From the NCBI GenBank assembly GCA_013265495.1, contig MU058584.1:966616-1030615 (forward strand): DNA of 64,000 nt, in the 5' to 3' direction. The notes under the pieces are model-generated. The model searched no databases, had not been told where the DNA came from, and saw nothing but the letters and a program-made list of their open reading frames with translations. Positions 25,183 through 39,509 of the stretch are shown here, piece by piece. Positions within the stretch are counted from its first letter, which is position 1. Each line of letters starts with the position of its first letter. Origin of the DNA: Vicugna vicugna (Eukaryota). A program made the position numbers and the translations under genes.

Positions 25183-27417
25183 TGCTCCTCTTCCTGAGTC
25201 AGGAGAAGATAACAGAGCAGGGGTGGGGTGACAGGAAGGCATCTCTGCACCTTGCCCAGAACCTGCATCTGCCTGTGTGCCTGTGTTCCCACACTCCCCT
25301 CCTCCCTTAATCCCCAGGGGAGGGGCGTCTCGTGTCCCAAGCAGATGCTTCCTAAGTGTGTGATTTCAAGCCTGAGACCGGCGGGCGGGGAGAGGCTGTC
25401 ATCTCTAACTAGATTCAGCTGCCTGCAAGGGCTTAATGGGTGTTCAGAGTCCAGATGGCTGCCCCTGGGCCAGCTCGCATCTGGCCGGGAATGCAGGCGA
25501 GCACGTAGCCGTCTGGGGTGCGGGCTTGGTCCTCTGGGGAACTTGCAAAAGGGGAGGACTTAACGGGGTGTTTATGCCACACTGGTCATGTGTCTGGGAT
25601 ATTTTTCTGCACAGCCTTACTCCTCTGACCCTCACCTCTGACCCCACTGCACAAAGGCCAAAGCTAAAACGGAGACATCTGACTCTTCAGCCTCTGATCT
25701 AGGGTGGCAGAATACAGGGCTTTCCTTGGGGAAAACTTGCAAACTTCCAGTTAAACTTAGTCAGCCAACAAATGCGCTGTAAGTCTGACCCCAAGATGCC
25801 CACAGGGTTGACCTGTAGTCCCACCAACAGCCTCAACGATCAGACTTCCTTCCCGTTGACCACGGAGGTCTGGAGAATGTCTGGAATTTCACCAACCGCA
25901 GGAAGCCAGCGCTAGGCAGGTTTCCATAGAATCGGACACGACGAGTCAATTTTTGATAAGGTTTCTCAGGATCGCACCTGCTGTGGGGAGCCAACGGGTT
26001 TAGAGCGGAGCACGCTTTAGAGATCACCTAGTATTCCTGTGCTGGTCACCTCGTTTCCTCGGAGAGGATCTGAGAGGCAGAGGTAATAAAAGAACTTGGC
26101 CAGAGGGTTACAAAGTTAGTTAGAAGCTGAGCTCGGACCCAAGTCCAGATTTTCCAGCCTGTAGCTTGGTGTATTTTACCCAAAGTAAACTTCCATTCTA
26201 CCCTCCAGATGCTGTAATAGATTCATGTATAACGGGGAGGGAAGCCCTGCTGAGAGGCAAACATGCTGTGGTAGAGAAACATATGCGATTAAAACCAGGA
26301 ATAACTTTGAACGTCTCTTCGTTCAACAAACCAGTGCTGAGTATCTGTTATGGGCAGTACCCCCTGCGCTGGGCGGCCTGGGCTCTGCAGCTTGCTTCTC
26401 TGTGTCTCTTTGTCCTGGGGTAAGCCAAGTCTGGTTTCAAACAGAGTCTGAGTCATGGACTCTTTTTTTCCTTCCCACTGAAAACATCCATGCCTTGTTA
26501 CAGTATTTGAATTTGGCCCATTGCTCAGTTCTTGACTCCTGTTGCTCAGTCTCCCCTCATGGCTTGGGTTTTCTATGATGCTGCGTATAATCTAGGCTCC
26601 TGTACCCCTGACTGGCCCCACACTGTTTCCTGGGCACCCTGGCGCTCTTTCACTTGCTCTGCTGCCTCCTTTCTGCCTTGCATTTTCAGACCAGGCATTT
26701 GGCCTCCACACTCATCCCATGGCCCTCTGCTGCACAGTTGCTTCCGCCTGCCTCACTCCTCTAGGAGTTCCTAACTCCCAGGCCCAGCATCCCTTAGAAT
26801 TTTCCATCTTGCTGCAACCCACGGCAAAGGAGTACATCCCTTTCTTGAGGAATATAAACCACGGACTGGATTGCCTCGGACATGGAGACAGTGTTTTGAG
26901 GTGTGCTGAGAGACAGTCATCTTCAGACTGAGCTATACCGGAAGATGAAGTCAAATTACTGAGAAAGCTTTTAATTCTAAAGCAGCAAAATAGGATGAGT
27001 TGATGGGAGAAGAGTTAAATATTAGTGAGAAAGTCGTTGAATCATACCAGACTTTTCAACTTTGCTCCAAATTACCACTTTTAAAATGAATGGTTGTTTA
27101 CTATTTGTCTATGTTCATATCATTCGACACATGCATTTTTATTTTTCAAACAGGAGTAGCAAATCCACGGTGAAGTAGCTGCTGGGTTTGAGCACAGGGG
27201 CTCCCGGGGACTCGTCGAAGGGGCTGCGTCTTTCAGCACCTGGCCGCACAGCTCAGTGCTCCCACCTGGCTGCAGCCTTTCTACCTACATTTTTGTATCG
27301 ACTCTGAAAGATGAGTGACCCCTGGATCGTTTACTCTTCAAAACTGAAGTGGCTGCAGATGCCAGGTACAAGAAATGATGAGAGACTTACGTGGGGAATC
27401 AATTCTTTACTCTTAAC

Positions 27418-27790
27418 CCCAAGGTTTCCAAACTTCGCTGCACATTAGAATCACTGGGGGAGCTCATAAAAGCCCCAGTCACACTTCATACCAATTAAGT
27501 CCGAATATCCCTGAGGGCGCGGGGCAGGGATCTTCTGATTTAATTGGCGTGGGTTGGTTGTGATTGGGATTTTTATTATTATGTAAGGTTATACAATAAC
27601 ATTTAATAATGTGTGCTACTAACAATAATGTCATTATTGTTAATACATTAGCATGCATCATAATCTCCTAGAGGGCTTGTCAGACACACATTGCTAGGTC
27701 TCAAAGCTTCTGACTCTGTGCATTTCTGTTATGTTCCGGATGATATTGATGCTGATCTGGGGGTCAGCTTTTGGGGACCATTGGGCTGCT
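27418..27790. mobile_element. MER5-family hAT fragments (two pieces)
   Basis: caaacttcgctgcacattagaatcactgggggagct and gcatcataatctcctagagggcttgtcagacacacattgctagg resemble MER5A/B. Confidence 0.6.
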
Positions 27791-30558
27791 CTGCACATCA
27801 AAAGCAATGGCCCTTATTATTTATAACCTTGTTATCAGATGTTGAATCGGTATCTATCTTTACACCCTTTCCATGCTGAATCTTTTTGCAAAAAAAAAAA
27901 AAAGGATTGATCATACCTCTTACCCATTCTATATCTGTGAGGCAGTAGCAAGTATACATGCCCCTTAAAGCAAAAAGACATTACAGTCTAAAACTCAGAA
28001 TTGAGCCTTCCTGTCTCATGTGCATCTTCCCCTAGAGGCGAGAGATCTGTCAAGCAAGGGTGTCACACGTCGGTGTTCCTAACATCCAGTTTATTGCTCC
28101 TTGGATAACAATGATGCATTTGTGCTGGGGAAGATGCTCGTATTTTTTTTTTTTTAAATCTAAATGCCTTGGTGTGTTTTCAGGAATCTTTCAGAGCTCT
28201 GTGTTTTGGAGGGTTTATGGCTGGCTTGTCCCTCGGTGGGAGCTGTTTTCCTCTCTCAGTGGTTGTGGCTGGACGGAGACATTCATCACTGTCTGACGGA
28301 CGTTTATGCACAGCAGTTAGGTTCCGGTGCCTGAGCAGGTTGGGGAAGGATTCCAGTTCCCTTGGACCTTGGCCTTTCCTGTTTCTATTTTAGTATTTCT
28401 TGTAAACAGACTAGATCAGATTGATGGCATCCATCTTCCAATCATGGCCCATTGGAGATAGAAATAATCCAAAATTTGTGTTCTTTCTCCAACAGACCAG
28501 AGCTAAATTCTTCTGGGCAGTTGCCCTTCACGGGTCCAGACCTGGAGAGTTTCTGAAACCGAGCAGCAGCTTGGCAACTTTACCATTTTGATCAATTTAG
28601 TCTCTACTGATTGGGGATTTGCAGAGTCAAGGGGTTGCCAGGCCTCCTTCATGCTTTACGGAGCACATTATTATGGTGTTTAGCCTTCTCAGATCTTGTC
28701 TTTCGGGCCCCAAAGGAAGCAGCGAGTGGGAAAGTAAGTGGTGAGGGCGCCTGCTGAGCTCTCTGGCCCCTGCTCCGGGAGGGTCGATCCTGACTGCCTT
28801 GTCAGTACCGCCTCGCTTGCACCCAGCTGGGCGGAAGGTCGGGGTCTGCAGGGCTCCCCAACCTGCAGACCTTTGGGGGGCCCCTGACAAAGCAGGCTCT
28901 GAAATTTGGTCTTAGTCCTGTTTCCAAAATCACACACAAACAAGGAGGGCCAGTGACGCTGAAATGGGGCTGATGACCCGACCTGACCTAACTCAGGGCA
29001 TCACCGGAAGTGGAACCTTTTCCATCTCACACGTAACTGTTGCCCCCCCCCCCGACTCCTACATGTCTGGCACCACGCTCAGCAGGGAAATGACGGACGT
29101 GCGGTGCCTGACCTCAAGAGGCTCACAGCCTTCAGTTAGTACCATACCATGTTTATCTCTGAGATAAAAACAATATGCAAGGAAGATTCTTTAAAACTAG
29201 TGGAAGAGATCCCTATTTGAAGGGAAAACCCTTGCGTTATTTGCCATGACGTAATGGCTAAGGTATCCCTCCTCTCCTTCCAAAAACATTGCTTCTTCAC
29301 CTAATACATTCCACCACTGTGCTACGTCCTGGAGATTAAGAGATGAGAAAGATGCATTTTCTACTATTGGTGGGGGGGGGTATGGTCCCACTCACAGCTG
29401 AAATTTGTAACCACAACCTCTTTTGGACTATCCACCCATTAAATGTTTTGTAGGTGGAAATTTGGGAACTTCCTCTTTGGAGTGGAGGCCACTGTCTAAA
29501 GGGAACAGGAACCATTTAAGTCTCTTTTAACCAATGTCCCTTCTGTTCATCCCGGCTAGTAGCAGTGTTCTCTCTCCTTCAACCAGTGCTTCCTGCCTGA
29601 GTCACACGGCAGGAGATAGAAGAGTGGCCAAAAGCTTCATAAAAAGTGAATAGCACACGTGTGGCCACTTAGGGACCTCATACAAAACCTCAGCACAACT
29701 ATGTAAAAGGAATCACGGGTCAACACTGAGATAGTGACATTAAAGACCACACGACACATGACGAGGAATTGTTTGCCTCCCTCTTGGAGTGAGTGGGGAC
29801 AAGGGAAACGGGATGGTTTGGTTTGAGTTGTCATTTTTTTAGGAAAGCACAAGACTCCTTAAACACTTCTCCATCCACCCCATCCTCCGGGGACGGCTGC
29901 TATTATTCACAGACATTTTTGGGTGGAGATGTTCTGTGTACCTAAACATGATAGGAGCCTAAACACATACGAGGGAGCCCCAGGGAATCAAATGAGATGA
30001 GACATTGTCTTGGGTCATATTTATTTTTTAGGATAGGAGGTGCTGCTTCCATGGCTGTATGGGCTGCCTCCTTGGCAGTATGTTCAAAGACATTGCCTCC
30101 CAAAGCTTGCTTTGATTAATTTTTTTTTCTATTTAGACAACTATTCCCCTGCTCAAAATGTTTCTAAGGTTTTATGAAGCTTATTGAATTAATAGTCTTA
30201 CTCTGATCTGCTTAGTCCTCTCTTTCATTAAAACCTTCCTGAACAATATTTTCTTTCTCCCTTTCCAACTGTACAGCAAAGCTAGACTGTCGTTGGGTCC
30301 CTGGTCTACTTAACGATGATCATGGTCATAATGGAGTCTTGAAGCAATGAAATCCTGAAAGGCCATTTTTTGGAATTCAGTAATATACAAAACCCTGTGG
30401 TATAATCATGACTTTATATTTCTCTGATTACAAAGTAGTCACAGGTAAGATCCAAGGACCTTGACTTGTTGGGGTCATGGGGTCTGAACGCACTCTCGTG
30501 GTGGACATGGGGTTCTCCCTAAAGGTAACTGGTGTTACTACGGCCAGTCATCCTGAGA

Positions 30559-31199
30559 AAGGGCTGGGGCTCTTGACATCTGCAGACCCAGTGCAGAATG
30601 AAAATGCGGGCCCTGGCCAGGGCTGGGGAAATCAGTATCCCCTTTTCATGACCCCCTGTCCCAAACCCTGCTGGACAGGCAGATGCCAAGGGATTACAAA
30701 CTCTGTGCAGGGACATGGCAAGAGCCCTGCCCCCACCCCACTGCCAGTCACCCCCAGTTGCCCCCAGAAGTCTCTCTGGTCCAATCCAGGTGTGGATGTA
30801 CAGCTGCTGCCTTGCTCCAGCCTACAGTCTCCTTTTATCTATGCCCAGGACCCTGCTGGGGCAAAATTCAACTGCAGGATGAGGGCCTCCCCTTGCCCAC
30901 ATGACCTAAGCAGAGGAGGCAGCAGTAACAGGGCCTGGGTGAGAACAGAGTGGCCGAGAATCTGTCCCAGAGAGGTGGGGAGGTGACAGGATAATCAGGT
31001 GGACCACGTTTCCAAACCACCAGCACAGTCCCCCCACCACTGTCCTGTCAACATTTACTTGTAAAACATACATTCAAAGATAATATTATTAAGAATTTCA
31101 AAATAGTCAACATAGAGCATTAAAACCCAAGTGTGGGGCCCTTCTAAGCTTGGGGTCCTGTGCGGCTATGCCGATCACATGCCCATGAAGCCAGCCCTG
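30559..31199 (-). mobile_element. MER45B/C-like hAT-Tip100 element
   Basis: Left end cccagtgcagaatgaaaatgcgggccc; right end taagaatttcaaaatag...catgcccatgaagccagccctg. These are MER45 termini around a GC-richer interior. Confidence 0.7.
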
Positions 31200-34100
31200 G
31201 CAGGGGGTGATCCTGGGACAGAAGTAGCCTGGCTGGGACCAGGACCCAAGGGTACCAGGAATGCGACTACTCTCATTGGATGGTAGGCTAGTAAGGGGGA
31301 GGGACAGGCTGATGTCTGCTGAGACCCTCAAGCAGGTCTAAGCGTATGCTATGGTAGTTGGGTGAGTGCAGGCTATGCTTGGGACAGTGTGGTGCAGAGG
31401 GAGCAGGGCTCTCTCCCGTGTCAGGAGGCATGGAGTGGGCGAGGGCTGGACAGTGCTGGCCGCACAGCAGGGGGTGGCATGGCATCTCCACTTCTTGGCA
31501 GCTGCCCTTGCGACAGTGGTGGTGCAGAGATGGTCTGTTTGGGCACCTGGGGCAGTTACGGGAGCCTCTTACAGCCTCCGAGGATGACATGAGTATCTTA
31601 GCTTTGAGCTGGGAGAGGAGCTAGAAATGATCTTATTACATATGCCAGGAAGCACACAGGGAGGTTTAGGAAAGTATTGGGCAAGGGAGCTCCGGGGAAA
31701 GACCACACTCGTTCATCTTGGCGTAACTCTTACGAGGGCTCGTTCTGTGCCAGACCCTGTTCGAAGAATGTTTTGTGCCTTCTTTCTCTCTTACGGGATA
31801 GGACTGTTCTCCCCATTTTACTGATGGTCAAACTGAGCTCTACAGAGGGAACTTTCCCAAAGGTCACACAGCTGGTAAGTGGCAGAGTGAGGATCTGATT
31901 CAGGCATTCTGGGTCCAAAAATGGCACTCTTAGCTGCCCCCCTGCCCACTAACTGCCAGGCACTGGGCTAGGAGACTTGCACACAAATCAGGAGCTGTAT
32001 TATGACGTATGGATCTGGGATGCCATTGCTTCACCCCAAGAAGTGGTTTGGCTCTGTTGGCGACGTGCTTTACAGTTTACACGTGTTATCTATGAGAGGG
32101 GACAGGCGGGGCTACCATAAAGCCTTCGCCCTGCCGAGTGCTGCTCTGCGACCTTGGGCAAGTCACTTGACCTCTGCGGCTCTGTTTCCTCATTTTTGCC
32201 TCCTTGCTGCAGGTCAATATGCTATCCCTATTTGCATTTTTGAAATGCAGAAAAAATAAGTTTAAGAACCTCCATTCTTGTCCTATAGGACCCCTTAAGT
32301 CTTGGGGGTCCAGAATAAGGGAAACCACTGTTGCAACCTGTTGCAGCAACTCCACATTATTTCTGAATGTTTTCTGAGTTGTTCTTGTCTTCCCTCTTGA
32401 GAGACACCACAGAGCTAGCGCTGCTCCCATTGTCAATGAATTGTCCTGAAATTTCTGGACTGGAAATGTGAAGCTGAGGAGTGAGGGGCACAATGGTAGG
32501 TTTTTCCTATGTGGTGTAAGCATTGCATGATAGAAGACAGGATGTCATTGAATATGCTCCTAAGTATGGGTTTATATCATATCTCAAATGTATTTCTGCT
32601 TTCTCCAAGTCCAAAATTCAGGCTGTTTTTCTTCTTCATGCTTAATTACAAGTGTTTTTAATTAGATGACTTCCATTAATGGCCAAATAAGTTTCAATTT
32701 AGAGGTCACATACAAACACTGGCAGCCCCATTCCAGCTTGGGCTCTCTACAGAGTGACCCGAGTCTGGACTTCCATCTGCTTAATGCTGCTTTGCCCATT
32801 AAGGGAAGTGATGCTTCCCTAATTGCTTGCCTTGGGAGAGGAGCCAAGTTCTACCCTTCCCTCAGCAGCCTGCACTTTCACAGCTGCGACTGGAGCTCCT
32901 AGACAGGGGAAGGAGGAGAATGAGGTGTAAGGAGAGGGAGGTCTGGGGAGCTACCAGCAGAGGAAAGAGCCCAGAGGAATGACTTCTCAGAAGGACGTAG
33001 GGTGGCCATGATTGAGAGCTGGCAAGGACTCAGGTTGTGACTGTATGTCATGAAGAGGAAGATGGTTTTGGTTTCTTAGGCCAGTACCTTGAGGATGCTT
33101 ATTTCTGTCTGTGTGGCTTTGGCATTTGCTGCGGGTCAGCCAGGAAGCCTGGGCACTGTTGGTGCCATTCTGCTGTCTTATTATTCTTGAATTGCTGCAA
33201 TAGGAGGAAGAAAATTTGGGATTCTTCGTGATTAGCGTGTACTTACCGTGTGATAGACACTCATAAGCACTTATTGAATTGTCAAAAATGTTATATAGTA
33301 GGCAATATTATTATTATTTCTAGTTTACAGAGGAAGAAACTAAGACATAGGAAGGTTAAGTACTTGTCAGAAGAGTAGAAATGGATGTAACACTACACCA
33401 CTATTTCCTACCACCTCTACTCATTGATCTATTTTTCCTTTCACATCACACAAATCCATGAGGCTTGGGACCATGATGAATTCACCACAACACAGTGCCT
33501 GATTGGTTGAAAGAATAACTGAGTCTTTTCGTCTTTGGGGCAGGATGTCTGTATTTGCCTAGTAGAATGACAAAAGTAATTGTGGCTTTTGTTTTAAACA
33601 GTGAAGTCACATGGCTACCACAAAATTTCTACACAAAGGTAAAGCTCTTATCTTAGATAATGGGAGAAAGGGGGATAAAAGGACACAAAAGATGGGGGCC
33701 ATTATATAAACTCATCTATGATGTGTAATAGGCTAAGAAAATGTATATCAACATTAAATAACAGTGAGTTATTTTTTGAAAAGGAGAGTAAAAACCCCAT
33801 GGGATATCTTCTCCTTTTTGTCATCATCATTACTTCTCACCTCCTTTTGTACTGGTTTTGCAACCTGCACATAATTTTGCATACAAGATCCTGTTTAGTC
33901 TCACACGAATTCTGTGAGGTGTGAGGTTCTGTCATCCTCATGGTCCTAATGCTCTGTTTTATGTCAAGCAACTGGCAAGAGGCAGAATTCAGTCTTGCTT
34001 TACTGCCCAGTGAAGAGAGGACAGCATTTGTGAGAGGAGGGTGAAGGGGAATCTATGGGCAAAAGGAAGAGTCCTAGATTGTGGTGGAAATGATGTGTCC

Positions 34101-36379
34101 TGACAGGTAGGAGTTTGGGTGAGAAATCAATGATAATTTAATTTCAGCATACAAGGACTTATTCTACACACCAGAAAAGGGGAAATATGCTCTTGAGCTT
34201 GGAGATGGAAATGTTCTTCTCGTAGTGTAAACCTGCTTATTTATGAATTATAAACATAGTAGTCACTAATCCACATGCTGTGATATCAAGGATGCTCAAG
34301 TGTTAGAATCATAGAAAATCAAAGTCTAAAAGTCCTAAGAAGTTGTTCAACCTTTTAAATTTTCAGTGGAAGAAATGGAGGTACAAAAAGGAAGAGTGGT
34401 TTGCCTGAAGTATGAAACTAGAGAGTGGCAGAGTAAGAACTAAATCCCAGGTCTCAGGACTTGAAGGCTATGTTTCTCCCATTTCATCACATTGTCTCCA
34501 ACATCATTCTTGAACAATGTCTGTGATCTTTCTATAGAGAGAAAAGAAAAGCCTGTGTCTCTCTCACTCTGTCACTCAGTTACTGGGGGTTGATTTGACA
34601 ATAATATCACTATCAGCATAAAGGACAAAGCTCAGTTTCCTCTCCCTCCTCCATCCTTTCTTCTCTTCTGCTCCTATACCTCTTGTAGCTAAGAGATCAA
34701 TAATTTAAATACCCAGTAGCTCACTGTTTAAAATGTATCTTAAATTGTAGGTACCTGATCCTAGGCCTCTTGAGAACAGGTCTTGGTGGGCAAAGAAAAA
34801 GAGACTGAGAAAAAAGTGCAGCGAGCAGTTGGAGAAAAGGGCATGGAGAGCAGAGACTGGATCACCATCGGCGTCCTTCTCTTACATGAGAGTTTTGCTG
34901 TCAGTCTGACTCTGGTTGTTGGATCAGACTTGCATTGTTTTTAACAGAATAGTTGATCATTGATGGAAACACAAACATACTTAGTAGTTAATTAAATTTA
35001 AATTTATGAATTGTTAAAATAAGATTTCATTATCCTCTATTTATAGAGCATGCTGGCTTCCTGTGCTATAAATAGGTTATCATGGGAAAAAAATTAAATG
35101 TTGGGTCTCATGTTATGACTCTGAAAACACATAAGCATCATGATGATCAAATTTACAAAGAACTTTACATGTTTCAAGCCACTAGAGGATGTTCCTGCCT
35201 CTGATAACTCTATATAATTATGTTTGCTTCTTCCACAAATTTAAAAATGGGATAGTCAAGCGTTCAGAAGTTCAATGTTTCACTCACAATAGAATCAGAA
35301 TTTCGTGGACTGAACGTGAGCGTGGAAATCACACATCTACATTTAAATTGTGGCTCTGCCATTTACTCCCTAGTTGTGTGACCATGTGAAGTTTCTTAAC
35401 TTCTATGATCCTCAGTTTTTCATCTGTAAAATGGGAATAATAGCACCTCCTATGTTGTTGTGAAGATCAAATAAGATAATATGTCATATATACAGTGATT
35501 GACATATAAAACACTTTTGCTAAGTGCTGTTTTTATTATCTTCTATCTTTCTCTCTTTGTCTCTTTTTCTTTGTAAATGAAAACTCTGAGACTAGGCAAT
35601 GCTGTACAGCTCTTTTCATCCGAGCAAGAATCCCCTCACCAGAAAGACCTTGAGACAGTCTTGGTTTAATGACCTTGTACATTCCACCCTCCTTAGTCCC
35701 ATGGCTACTCCATTGCTGTTTTAAACATGAAGAAACATGCCTTCCTGATAAACCACCACTCCCTTAATGAGACTCAGATCTTAAGACCTCACCTGGAGCC
35801 TGATGTGTCAGCCATTGCATTTCTTCAAATACATTGGGACAAATGAGAGTCAGAGGTGGGACCTAACATTTTCTCCTCTCTGTTTCTTCCTCTCTTCTCC
35901 CCTTTCCTCTCCTGCTCTTTACTTGCTGACTGACTCTGGAGATCTCACATTTGCCTAGATCTAAGCTTAGGTTTTCTCCTCAGGAGACTGGTAGGGCCAG
36001 GGAACATACAACTTCTCTGAGTCACAACAATCTGAAGAATGATCGGCCTTTTGTGCTGGATAGAATTTTTAGCCCTTTGGAAAAGGGAGGCAGTCATCTC
36101 CTGCTTTGGATTCTGAGTCCACAGGTATAATCAGGAATCTGGAACACAGGACTGGAGCAGCTGGGGACCTGAGGACTTTAAGGGATCCTCTTTAGTTTCC
36201 TGGACATTCCTTCCGTGCACGAGTCACATTGCATATAAAGAGTCCCTAACAATAAATCATTTGTCATCTTCCACTCCGGCAGAGATTAAAAGAAAATATT
36301 TCGTTTGAGATATGTGCCCTTAAACACAGTTGGCCGAAGTAGAAATAAGTACTATTTATCAGAGGAGTCATTTGAAAAT

Positions 36380-37230
36380 ATTTTTAACATGTGCAAATCT
36401 TTGATGCATTATTTTCACTCTCGTTAATCCATTCTTGAATTGTTGGAATAGTTATCATTATACCACATGTATATAATATTATACAACTTTTGAGATGATG
36501 TTTTTGAAGACTAGGTAATGATACGGAGCTAAAAACCTGATGGTTCAATATTAAATCGAAAATCAGAAACTTCATCTATATAAAATGTGTGATCCCAATT
36601 TTATGAAAATTATAATTGTGCCCAAGTAAATAAGCCAAAAATGCTAACAAGGTTTATCTCTGCTGCTGTGTTTACCACTGATATTATTTTCTTTCTTATA
36701 CTTCCCTGTGTTTTCCAAATTTCCTACCATGAATGACGTATTTGTTGTTTAATTAGAAGATGTTACATAAAAGAAGACAGAAGTAGAAAGGATATCTGGT
36801 ACCTTCCTTCTGATTTAATGAAATGCAAAATATTTCACAAATCTTTTTCAAAAATCTTATTCTTCCTGTGGAAAATAAAATTATCATTACAGATGGCCTA
36901 AAGATTTAAACATAAAAATAACTCATGAAATTTCCAAAAGAAAGCATTGGTTGATATATTGACAGTCTTGGAGTAAACAAAGCTTTTAAGCAAGACAGAA
37001 AATCCAAAAGTCACGTAGAAAATGTCTGATAAATTTAATTACATAAAGAAATTTTTAAAAATCTCCTTAGCCAAATGAAACGCCTCAAATAAAGTCAAAA
37101 GTCAAACAACAAACCAAGGTGAAAGTATTTGTAGCACTCTTGTCAAGGAACAAATATTCTTAATTTGCAGAGACACCAAAATCATTAAAGAAAAAAAGAT
37201 GGCTTGTATTAGAAAAAAACATGGGCAAAT
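36380..37230 (+). mobile_element. Old L1M fragments (3' UTR and ORF2 remnants)
   Basis: cctaaagatttaaacataaaa...gataaatttaattacataaag...aaagtcaaaagtcaaacaacaaac resemble decayed L1 ORF2. Confidence 0.6.
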
Positions 37231-37399
37231 GGGATTTCTGCTTTGGGCAATAGCAGAGTAGGTATTTTAGACCCAGGTTTTTTCTTTAGGTCGAAAATAT
37301 ATCTAAAAGCAAAAGAATAGTTTACAAAGTATTGACTAATTAAGGGGAAGATATGAAAGAACTTGAAATTGTGGAGTGAGCCCATATTTTCCCATAAAG

Positions 37400-37720
37400 G
37401 CAACTGCCAATCCGGATAGGGCAGCTAAAAATTGGGTTTCTGATCCAAACATTTGATAGGGAATGCCCGGGGAGAATGCTGATTTCAGGTACATGAAAGG
37501 TTTGGGGGAAACAGTAATGATGTAGACTATGGAATCAGATGACCGCCTTCAGGGTCTTTAATGCACTGGAGAAAGATAATGAAAGGATGAGGGTAACTAA
37601 TTTAAAGCAGATTTTGAAAGACAGAGGATCTTCTGAGTTACAGAAGGAACAGAGAATAAAGCTCAGGACTTAATTAATTACGAGGACAGCAAAGGTCCAG
37701 ACAAAACTGAGATCAAAGCT
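37400..37720 (+). mobile_element. Decayed ERVL-class internal (gag-like) fragment
   Basis: gactatggaatcagatga...aatgcactggagaaagataatgaaaggatgagggta translates, across a stop and a frameshift, as DYGIR*...NALEKDNERMRV, resembling ERVL gag remnants as recalled. Confidence 0.4.
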
Positions 37721-38526
37721 GCGCTCCTGATATGGTACCATTCCTTGAGGAATCCAATCCATCTGTTGGTGGCAACTTGATTACAGTGGACTCCTAGCCT
37801 TTGCCTGCCTCCTTCTCAATGCTGCACTTTACTGCCTACACCACCTCTTGTCCTGCTCTGCTAGAAGACTCGTTCCCCAATACCTTGCAAAGTCTCCACA
37901 GATTTGATGTTTACCATCTGCTCTCAGGGAGGTGGTGAGATGTAGCAGAAAACATGCTAAGCTTGTTCAAGTCCTGGCTCTGCCAATAATTGGTGTGATT
38001 GCAGACAATTAATAATAGTGAAAATAATTTATCTAAGGCCAAGTATAAACCAGACCCTGGCCATGCACATCTCTCTCTCAAAACTCTTCCTTTGAAATCT
38101 GGAAAAACAGAGATTGGGAGAAGGGTGGAAAAACTATGCCCAAAGTTACACAGCTGGAAGGAGGTAGAGCTGGGCTTCCAACCCTGATCCACATATACCC
38201 CAGACCTACCCCATACTGTCTAATTAAAACATCTGGGCTTCAGACTCTCCAGCAGTAAAATGTGAATAAAAGCATTACTGTCATAGAACCGAGGGAAGAT
38301 GAAATCAAATATGTGAAACTGCTTTGCGATTTGTAGTAGCTAATATTTATTGAGTACATATTATACACCAAACACTGTTCTTGTGGCTTCGTAGCTTCCA
38401 GGTGATGGATCCAGGGATCCAGGCTCTGTCCTTATGCAGAGATCTTTGGCAGAGATCCTGAGCCCCTGGGCTTTACACCTGATAGCCAGCTTAAGCTATT
38501 ATTCCTTGTTCATTAAGTTGTGGGCC

Positions 38527-39509
38527 TGTGTTACCTTGCTAGGGCTGCAGTAACAAAGTACTTAAGAAGCTTCAACAAACGAACTTTATTGCTTCACAGT
38601 TCTGGAGGTCAGAAGTCTAAGATCGAGGTGTTGTCAGCCTTGGTTCCTTCTGAGAGCCGTGAAGAAGCATCTCTCCTATGCCTCTCCCCTAGCTTTTCGT
38701 GGTCTGCCGACAATCTCTGGCATTCCTTGGTTTGTAGAAGCATCTCCCCCATCTCCTCTGCCTTTATCTTCATGTGGCGGTGTGTGTCTGTGTACGTGTG
38801 TCCAAATTCACCCTTTTTGTAAGTACAGAAGGTCCCCAATTTATGATGGATTCACTTACCATTTTTCGACTTTATGATGATGTGAAAGTGATATGCATTC
38901 AATAGAAACCATACTTTGTATTTTGAATTTTGATCTTTTCCCAGGTTAGCGACATGTGGTAGGACACTCTCATGTGACGCTGGTCAGCGGCAGAGAGCCA
39001 CAGCTCCCAATCAGCCAGTGTTCAGGACGATAAGCAACTGATTCACTTACAACCGTCTTGTACCCATACAACCGTTCTGTTTCTCACTCTCAGTATGGTA
39101 TTCAATAAATTGCATGAGATACCCCATACTTTATTTTAAAATAGGCTTTGTGTTGGGTGATTTTGCCCAATAGTAGGCTAAGTGTCCTGAAAGCATTTAA
39201 GGTAGGCTAGGCTAAGCTATGATGTTCAGCAGATTAGAGGTATTAAATAAATTTTTGATTTACAGTATTTTCAATCTACCATGGATTTATTGAAACATAA
39301 CCCTGAAAGTAGACGAAGAGCTGTACATTATAATATTGACTCAGGGACCCACCTCCAAGGGTAACCTCATCTTAACTAATTACATCTACAAAAATGGTAT
39401 TTCCAAAGACGGTCACATTCTGATGCACTGGGGGCTAGGACTTCAGTCTATGCGTTTGCAGCGGGTGGGGGCATGGGCGACAGAGGGGAACACAATTCAA
39501 TCCATAGCA
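38527..39509 (-). mobile_element. MLT1B/C-like solo LTR split by a Tigger insertion
   Basis: tgtgttaccttgctagggctgcagtaacaaagtac...; resumes at 39326; ends cacaattcaatccatagca. Confidence 0.85.
38826..39323 (-). mobile_element. MER47/Tigger5-like TcMar-Tigger element
   Basis: TA|cagaaggtccccaatttatgatgg...gacgaagagctg|TA. Inverted homolog of the copy at 46245. Confidence 0.8.

Noticed and set aside
27232..27255. Possible REST/RE1 site (TTCAGCACC half-site)
   Set aside because: The right half GGACAG is absent at canonical spacing; only GCACAG occurs after a 5-nt gap, which is too weak.
30477..30986. 169-aa ORF
   Set aside because: Lies mostly within a MER45-like non-autonomous element and has no transposase-like motifs.
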